Made by a program: the position numbers and the translations under genes
The notes under the pieces: model-generated
Database searches by the model: none
Told to the model about the DNA's origin: nothing
The model's input: the letters and a program-made list of their open reading frames with translations, nothing else
Source: Welwitschia mirabilis
Lineage: Eukaryota
DNA length: 20,000 nt
Direction of reading: 5' to 3'
NCBI GenBank assembly: GCA_051453625.1
Contig: JBOZIK010000001.1
Span: 32,053,980-32,073,979 of the forward strand
Part shown: positions 12,162 to 20,000 of the stretch, piece after piece
How positions within the stretch are numbered: the stretch's first letter is position 1
Layout of the letters: the number at the start of each line of letters is the position of its first letter

Positions 12162-13494
12162 TTTCTTTAATCCTTTTTGGTGTATGCTATTGAACATATG
12201 CTAGGATATTTATAGTACTTATAAATAGGTATCATTTTAGTATAATAACTTCACAAAGCTATATTTCATTCTATGTCATATATAATATGTAAATAAGTAA
12301 TAATTGATCATCTTCCAGCTTAAATTACTCTTATTGTTCCTTATAAAGATTCCATCTTGGTAATACAATTTGCGTTAAATTGGTTAAAATGTTAATTATC
12401 TTAATTAGCCATTTTTAGTGAGTTTTCATGATTTTAGAATCATGATTGAATGTAATATTTAAGTTAGTAGTATAATTTCTTAGTATATTTATTATAAAAT
12501 TTAGTGTTATTTATGCATATTTGCTTTTTAACAGTAAGCTTAATCATCTCTCTATCTTGAAAACTATTAACTATGCGATCATAAGTATTTAAGACTATAG
12601 TCAAATTTAAGAATTATAGCATTAAAATTTGAAATGGATTATATAAAAAATTATTTACATAAAGAGGCATAATACTATTTGTATAGCTATGTGCAATACC
12701 AGCAAGAGGTGAAAGAATTATCTCACATAGCTTAAAATATGTAAACTAGTAAGATAAGGTCTTTGAATTAGAATTTTGGCTTCAAATATAAGGATAGTAA
12801 GAATAGAAAGTATGTATGAATTCTTCAACATTGGGATTTTTCTCTAATTAGCTGCATTATCTTTCATTAGATTAGATGGAATACGTGGCTTTCTATCTTA
12901 GTTACTTAATAAGGTAGTATTGTAATAGAATTTTCTACATGTAAGAGGTAGTTTCTTATCTTGTGTTTAATAAATATTTATTTTTATTTTTTAACTAAGG
13001 TTTTTCTCATTTTAATTATAAAATTTTATTCCCTTTTTTTGTTATAAGAACAATCCTGCTCTATAACTCAGAGGCTTAATTATAAATCACGATACTTTAT
13101 GATGTAAACATAGGTATTATAAGATTAATTTAATCTTCTTAATAAATTCTTAGATACTTTATTGAAATTCAATTACTAATGCACCATTGTCAAAAGATAA
13201 GGTCTCTTATCAAAGAAGCTTTCCCTCTGATGGCATTATATTGATAGATAATTTTGTCTTTTTATGCACATGTTTTCTTACTATATAACATGTGTGCATA
13301 TCTATTATAATACCTTTACATGTTTAAGAGATATAATAATTGATTAATATTCTAGGTTAGAATGTTAGTTAGTCCTCCATTACTAGTATATATGATTCTT
13401 TATATTAGTGGGAAACTTTACCTATGATGTAGTTAATTAGAAGGAGAGCTACACTACTCAAGACTATTTCTAGGGAAAATTACCTTAGTGTAGT
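12162..13494 (+). repeat. Direct duplication 1, copy B
   Basis: Starts immediately after a 100-N gap with TTTCTTTAATCCTTTTT (cf. 10724) and aligns through to TTAGTG(T/A)AGT. Confidence 0.95.
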
Positions 13495-13889
13495 TCCTCA
13501 AACATTCCTCTAAATGAAATCAATATTCAAACTCTTTACAATATCTTATCTTCATGAATTCTATGCTAAAAAATAGTAATCATCATAAAATTTAGTATTA
13601 ATCTTTAAATCAAGAATTATAATGATCATTTTTCACTTGACTAAAGATAAAAATAGATAAAAGGTTATTAGTTAAAATAATCACAACTTTATTTTATCTA
13701 TACAAATTTTTATTTTTTATAGCATTTTATTTATAAAATCCTTCTTATTCGATAAAGATTCCTTAATNNNNNNNNNNNNNNNNNNNNNNNNNNNNNNNNN
13801 NNNNNNNNNNNNNNNNNNNNNNNNNNNNNNNNNNNNNNNNNNNNNNNNNNNNNNNNNNNNNNNNNNNTAAAGATTCCTTAATTTCTCTA

Positions 13890-15420
13890 AAAGAGATACT
13901 TATTTATTATATACTTTTAATCTATGAGCATTTTCTCTATACCCTTTGTTGAGGATTGGGAAGATAATATCCAAGGACCCATTTTCTAATAGTTTTTATT
14001 ACTAATGATTTTCTTAATTATTATTTTAACTTCACCATTATTATTTTTAGTTTATTCATTTATTTAAGGATAATAGACTATAGCCATTTTGTGATCTACT
14101 CATAACCTAGAAAGAAGTTTATCAAATACTTTTATAGTAAATGAGTACCTTTGTTAGAGGTAAGAACTAGAAGGGCTCAAAATTTATTAGCTAAGATCTT
14201 CATGGAAAAACTTAAGTGCTATTTTAGAGGTATAATCTTTAACTAGTTCTACCTTTATTTATTTAGTCAAATAGTTAACATGTACTATAGCGTATTTCTT
14301 CCTAGGGATTTAGTGTTTATGGGTCTTATGAAATTAGTACCCAAAATTACAAAAGGTTATATTCTACTAATTTAATTTTAAGGCATTTCAAAGTTTTCAC
14401 CTAAGTATCCTTCACTTTATCATTTATTACAATTTTTAATAAAGGAATGAAAATATTTAAAATATAAGGCAAGTAATATCTAGTTTGTTTAAACCCAAAT
14501 GTACTTATTTTTCCATTACAATATCCTTCATAATTATCTTCATGCATAGTTCTAAAAATATCTTGCTACTTATGTTGTTCTATATTTCTTCTTAATAGAT
14601 TAGCTAGTTCTATTCTGTATAAGATTCTATGATTTTATAAATAGTCACTAGCTTCTCTAATTAAAGTTTCCTTTTCATGATAAAATAAGTTTTTAAGTAA
14701 TTCTTGGATAGCTATAAGTTACCAAATCAAATTCATATAGAATTAGTTAATAAGGCTTCATGGAAATTATTTTCAATAATTAGATAAAACTCTTACATCA
14801 ATAAAACACACCTTATTCTAAAGTGAACTTGTTTTTTATTCATTAGAAGTCTTATGGCTAAATAATAAACATTTATCTTTGTTGAATAGCTAAGTGTATA
14901 ATTTATAAATTTTTGCAAAGTAAATACTATAGCCAAGATTTCTCTTTTAATAACTATATAATTAAATTAAATTAAAAAGTTTTCTAATATAACTTAAATT
15001 CTACCCTCATTATTGTCATATCCTAAAACTCTTTTCGTTACATAATTGAAATCATCAGCTATAATATGAAATTTTTTATTTTAATGATTGCTTCATAAAA
15101 TAAGTACTTTTAGTAATTTTTCCTTAATTTATTCAAAATTATTTTGACAATTATTTCATACATACTCTTATCTTTTTGTAATAGCTTATTCAATGAGTTT
15201 TCCATTTAGTTTAAATTAGAAATAAAACTTTTATAGTATTTAATGTAACCTAAAAATATCCTCAATTCTAATTTAATTAAGACTTTAGTAGCTTCTAAAT
15301 TTATATTATATTTTCATCCATTTCTATCCCTTTTTTAATATTTTATGTCTAAACATTATCCATTTTCTTAACATTAAATAACTCTTAGACCAAATTAATT
15401 TTAATTTCTTTTATTCATGT
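13890..15420 (-). pseudogene. Ty3/gypsy pol remnant: RT C-terminus, RNase H, integrase (copy A)
   Basis: Minus-strand translation: KGIEMD; ELRIFLGYIKYYKSFISNLN*MENSLNKLLQKD (15268-15170); FHIIADDFNY..RVLG; REILAIVF; LLMNKK..RIRCVLLM*EF; FIKNCNK (Zn finger); PFVILGTNFIRPI (cf. PFxxWGIDFxGP); NYLTK; VDHKMAIVYYP*INE*T (cf. YHPQTNGQ); GPW and NAHRLKVY. The order RT-RH-IN indicates gypsy. Confidence 0.9.
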
Positions 15421-17758
15421 TAATTATAGTATAATGTTCAGATTTAAACTAGATAAAACACTTAGTATTGTTCTTCTACAAGGAAGTATGAGGTAAATTA
15501 ATCAAAATATACAAGACTATTCTACTTTTCATGAAAGATTGAACAAAAGAAAAGTAGAAGTTGAGAGAAAAAAAGTGATCTTCAATTAGTAATGCAAGGG
15601 AATGGAAATGCTCCAAGATCTAGCAATTCATCCATCTCTCCTCCTTTTCTATAATGATTCGTGTAACTAAAACATACACTAAATCATTAAGGCATCAAGG
15701 CTTGGCATAGAGGCATAATCTCATCCACCACATGAGTGTTGGTGAGTTATCAAGTCCTCTCACTACTTCGCAGTCCTTTTTAAGCATGAAAAGTGAGAAC
15801 TGAAGTGTATAATATCTATTAAACAATAAGTACTATAANNNNNNNNNNNNNNNNNNNNNNNNNNNNNNNNNNNNNNNNNNNNNNNNNNNNNNNNNNNNNN
15901 NNNNNNNNNNNNNNNNNNNNNNNNNNNNNNNNNNNNNNTGTCGTTCATAACCTAGAAATAAGTTTAGTAAATACGTTTCTAGTAAATGAGTACCTCTATT
16001 AGAGATAAGAACTAGAGGGGATCTAAATGTATTAACTAATATCTTTATATAAAAACTTAGTTGCTATTTTAGAGGTATAATCTTTAAATAGTTCTACTTC
16101 TATTCATTTAGTCAAACAGTTAACATGTAATATAGTATATTTCTTCATAGGGATTTATTGTTTATGGATCTTATGAAATAAATACTCAAAATTCCAAAAG
16201 GTTCTATGCTACTAATTCAATTTTAAGCATTTCAAAGTTTTTACATAAGTAGCCTTCACTTTAACATTTATTACAATTTTTAATAAAGAAATGAAAATAT
16301 TTAAAATATAAGGCAAGTAATATCTAGTTTATATAATCCTAGATGTACTTATCTTTCCATTAAAATGTTCTTCATATTTATCTTTATGCATAGTTATAAA
16401 ATTCTCTAGCTAATTATGTTGTTCTACACATCTTTACTAGCTTCTATATATGATTTTTATTCTATATAAGACTCCTTAATTTCATAAATAGTTACTAGCT
16501 TCTCTAATTAAAATTTCTTTTCATGACAAAATAAGGTTTTAGGTAATTCCTGGATAGATATAAACTACCAAATCAAATTCTTATAGAACTATTTAATAAG
16601 GCTTCATGGAAATTCTTATCTTATTTGAAATTCTTCTTCTTGTTAATCATTAAAATCTATATTGGAAAAGTGATCAACTAGTATATTTTTTAATTTTTTA
16701 TTTATAATAACTAGATAAAACTCTTACATTAATAAAACACACCTTATTCTAGAGTTAACTTCTTTTTTATTCATTAGAAATATTATGGCTAAATAATCAA
16801 CATGTACCTTTATTAAATAGCTAAGTGTATAATTTATAAAATTTTTCCAAAGTGAATACTATAGCCAAGATTTCTTTTTTAATAACTATAAAATTAGATT
16901 AATTTAAGTTAAGGGTTTTGGTAATATAAGATATAATGTAAATTTTACCCTCATTATTGTCATATCCTAAAAATATTCCATTACAAACTATTTTATTTTA
17001 ATGATGAATTTATAAAATAGGTGCTTTTAGCAAAGTTTCCTTAATCTATTCAAAATTATTTTGACAGTTACTCCATACATACTCTTATCTTTTTGTAATA
17101 TCTTATTCAATGAGTTGGTAATTTATTTAAAATTATAAATAAACCTTTTATAGTATTTAACATGACTTAAAAATAACCTCAATTCTAATCTAGTTGAGAG
17201 TTTAATAGCTTTTATAATTTGTATTATATTTTCATCCATTTCTATCCATCTTTTTAATATTTTATTTTTGAACATTATCCATTTTCTTAACATTAAATAA
17301 CTCTTAGAGCAACTTGATTTTAATTTCTTTTCTTCATGTTAATTGTAGTATAATGTATAAATTTAAACTAAATAAAACACTTAATATCATTCTTCCACAA
17401 GTATGTATGAGCTAAATAAATCAAAAGATACAAGACTATTCTACTTATAATGAATTCTCAAACAAAAGAAAATTAGAAGTTGAGAAAAAGAAAGTTATCT
17501 TCAATTAGTAATGCAAGAAAATGAAAATGATCTAAGAATCTAGCAATTGATCCATCTCTCTACCTTTGCTCTAATGATTCCTATATGTGCAACCTACATT
17601 AAATCATTACTGCATTAAGGCATAGCGTGAAGGCATAATCTCATCTAGCAAATGAGTGTTGATGAATTATTAAATCCTCTCACTACTTCAAAACCCTTTA
17701 CAAGCATAAAAATTATAAACTGAAGTGTACAAGATCTATTAAAAAATAAGTACTATAA
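14098..17758 (+). repeat. Direct duplication 2: ~14098-15838 and ~15945-17758, separated by a 100-N gap
   Basis: Colinear from TCATAACCTAGAAA to AATAAGTACTATAA in both copies, with many substitutions and several indels. Confidence 0.95.
15945..17335 (-). pseudogene. Ty3/gypsy pol remnant (copy B)
   Basis: ELRLFLSHVKYYKRFIYNFK*ITNSLNKILQKD (~17185-17087), NILVDHFSN (~16690-16664, cf. NxVADHLSR), FIKNCNKC, EPFGILSIYFIRS. Confidence 0.9.
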
Positions 17759-17909
17759 ATCATAAAAGTAACTTTAAACAACTCACACATTCAAAAGAAC
17801 TTGACAATTAAGTAAGCTTTATCTAAAGATTACTAATACCATTTTAATGTGCATTAATAATAAAGAATAAAATATACTTTAAGGAATAGTTATACCTAAT
17901 CATTGCTAA

Positions 17910-19509
17910 TATTAATTATAGTTATGCATTAACAATTAAAGGATTAAAATCAATTTTTCATTAAGACTGAAAGAAATACATTACATCAATAAAGAAGGAG
18001 ANNNNNNNNNNNNNNNNNNNNNNNNNNNNNNNNNNNNNNNNNNNNNNNNNNNNNNNNNNNNNNNNNNNNNNNNNNNNNNNNNNNNNNNNNNNNNNNNNNN
18101 NNNNNNNNNNNNNNNNNNNNNNNNNNNNNNNNNNNNNNNNNNNNNNNNNNNNNNNNNNNNNNNNNNNNNNNNNNNNNNNNNNNNNNNNNNNNNNNNNNNN
18201 NNNNNNNNNNNNNNNNNNNNNNNNNNNNNNNNNNNNNNNNNNNNNNNNNNNNNNNNNNNNNNNNNNNNNNNNNNNNNNNNNNNNNNNNNNNNNNNNNNNN
18301 NNNNNNNNNNNNNNNNNNNNNNNNNNNNNNNNNNNNNNNNNNNNNNNNNNNNNNNNNNNNNNNNNNNNNNNNNNNNNNNNNNNNNNNNNNNNNNNNNNNN
18401 NNNNNNNNNNNNNNNNNNNNNNNNNNNNNNNNNNNNNNNNNNNNNNNNNNNNNNNNNNNNNNNNNNNNNNNNNNNNNNNNNNNNNNNNNNNNNNNNNNNN
18501 NNNNNNNNNNNNNNNNNNNNNNNNNNNNNNNNNNNNNNNNNNNNNNNNNNNNNNNNNNNNNNNNNNNNNNNNNNNNNNNNNNNNNNNNNNNNNNNNNNNN
18601 NNNNNNNNNNNNNNNNNNNNNNNNNNNNNNNNNNNNNNNNNNNNNNNNNNNNNNNNNNNNNNNNNNNNNNNNNNNNNNNNNNNNNNNNNNNNNNNNNNNN
18701 NNNNNNNNNNNNNNNNNNNNNNNNNNNNNNNNNNNNNNNNNNNNTCAATAAAGAAGGAGAAGAAGAAGAATTTCTCAACTATCCATTAGCATTATACCCT
18801 CAATAAAATAGTATTAGAACATCATGATGTCAAAGATTTTAAGTATTCTTCAAGTTTGCCAACCAAGATATGAATATGATAAAGGGTCAAGGCTCTTTTA
18901 TAGGGAGATATGAAGGTGAGGGTGGTCATAAGCTCTTGGCTTATAATGTTAGATAGAATCTTTATTATTTAGCATTAGGTAGAAGATTTTATCTTGTACC
19001 ATTTGGTGGAGATTATCTTATAGCATTAGGCAGATAAGATACTATTCGCTATAATTAGGTAGAATCTTTTATCATTTATCATTTGGTGATGATTGTCTTG
19101 TAGCATTTGGTGGATATTTTCATGTAGTATTTTGTGGAATCTTCATCATGACAAGTCTACCATATGGTCTTTGGAGTTGGGTTCCTCTACCAACCAATGA
19201 TATTGTCACATGTCTCCACTGCAACCTTCTCATACCCCCATCACATGTCTTCAATGCTACAACTATGTTTTACCACCTCATTTCTCCATTACCAATATTA
19301 TTTCATGCAAAATTATGTTCATCATCTACCATGTATTCTAAAATGTGGCTAAAGACCTATAATTATTATGCATAAAAACATAATATTAAATTTCATTTTA
19401 AAAATAATATAAAACATCATTTTATGATAAATCAATAATTTAGCCATCTTTCTTTATGCCAAATTAATTATTTATGCTCTCTTAAAATTTTAACTTTGGC
19501 ATGCAAACA
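17910..19509 (-). mobile_element. LTR of a second Athila-like gypsy family (left boundary uncertain, spans a 743-N gap)
   Basis: Ends TTTGGCATGCAAACA (19509), resembling the TTTGGCTTGCAACA end of the first element, and is followed by a C-run PPT. It shares blocks with the first LTR (GACCTA...AAACATAATATTAAAT; TCATGA..AGTC) and has a TATA-like TTTTATAG at ~18896. Part of it recurs at ~19800-20000. Confidence 0.7.
18953..19140 (+). repeat. Degenerate ~24-28-bp tandem repeat in third LTR (~7 units)
   Basis: Recurrent tagcattaggtaga / taccatttggtgga / tagcattaggcaga / tatcatttggtga / tagcatttggtgga, each followed by an atctt-like spacer. Confidence 0.7.
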
Positions 19510-19519
19510 CCCCCCCTAG
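19510..19519 (-). other. Polypurine tract
   Basis: C-run followed by TAG directly after the LTR end, reading as a G-run on the minus strand. Confidence 0.65.
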
Positions 19520-19799
19520 CTAGTCTTTTACTAGGTCCTTAGCAAAAAGGTGATAAAAAATGGTGAAGCATGTAAAAATTAACTAAGTGAAAATGGAAAT
19601 TAAGGAAATGATATGACATTTTGTAAAAAAATTTTAATTAATTTTTAATAATTAAGCATCAAAATCAAAGAAAAAAAGGTCTATAAAAGTAGATGCCATA
19701 CCCTCTAACCAAAATTAAAATTTATCCTCAAAGTTAAAAGGATGAAAGATTTATGCAAGGCTTTAGAGAGTAAGTTAATTACATGGATAACAAATGATT

Positions 19800-20000
19800 C
19801 AAATCAATTGTAATTATGCACTAACAATAAAAGGATTCAAACCAATTCTTTATTAAAATAAAAGAAATACACTACATTAATGAAGGAGGTGAAGAAAAAG
19901 AAGAACTTCTCAACTAGCCTTTAGCATTTTATCCATAAGAAAAAGTATTAGAACATCATAATGTCCAAGAGTTAAAGTATTTTTCAAGTTTGTTAACCAA
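19800..20000 (-). repeat. Second partial copy of the third LTR (runs off the window)
   Basis: TTATGCACTAACAATAAAAGGATT...GTATTAGAACATCATAATGTC...TCAAGTTTGTTAACCAA matches ~17910-18001 joined to 18761-18866. Confidence 0.9.

Noticed and set aside
15763..15948. 61-aa ORF
   Set aside because: Artefact of reading through a 100-N gap.
17981..18778. 265-aa ORF
   Set aside because: Almost entirely N. The SPSLL on both sides simply reflects the 16-bp flank overlap.
19148..19375. Two overlapping short ORFs (75 and 62 aa)
   Set aside because: They lie inside LTR U3 sequence and have no domain features.
1..20000. Fungal RIP as the cause of AT richness
   Set aside because: The elements resemble plant lineages (Athila-type PBS and gag, plant L1), so methylation-driven deamination is the more parsimonious explanation.

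Overview
Very AT-rich, CpG-depleted eukaryotic DNA, most likely from a plant, made almost entirely of decayed retroelements and interrupted by N gaps. I found no intact gene, RNA gene or CRISPR array, and none of the six listed ORFs looks real. Contents: (1) a non-autonomous Ty3/gypsy element, Athila-like, on the minus strand (~845-5303), with two LTRs, a decayed tRNA-Asp PBS, a PPT and a gag remnant but no pol; (2) a 26-bp x8 minisatellite at ~7 kb; (3) a heavily eroded LINE/L1 ORF2 remnant on the minus strand (~8.96-10.33 kb); (4) two diverged direct duplications (10.7-13.5 kb and 14.1-17.8 kb), each split by a 100-N gap, the second carrying gypsy RT-end/RNase H/integrase remnants; (5) a third Athila-like LTR with PPT, followed after only ~290 bp by another copy of the same LTR. 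I see no convincing novel biological system. The most interesting signals are pervasive C>T/G>A decay including non-CG contexts, variable LTR minisatellites and the gap-centred duplications. All alignments and translations were done by eye.
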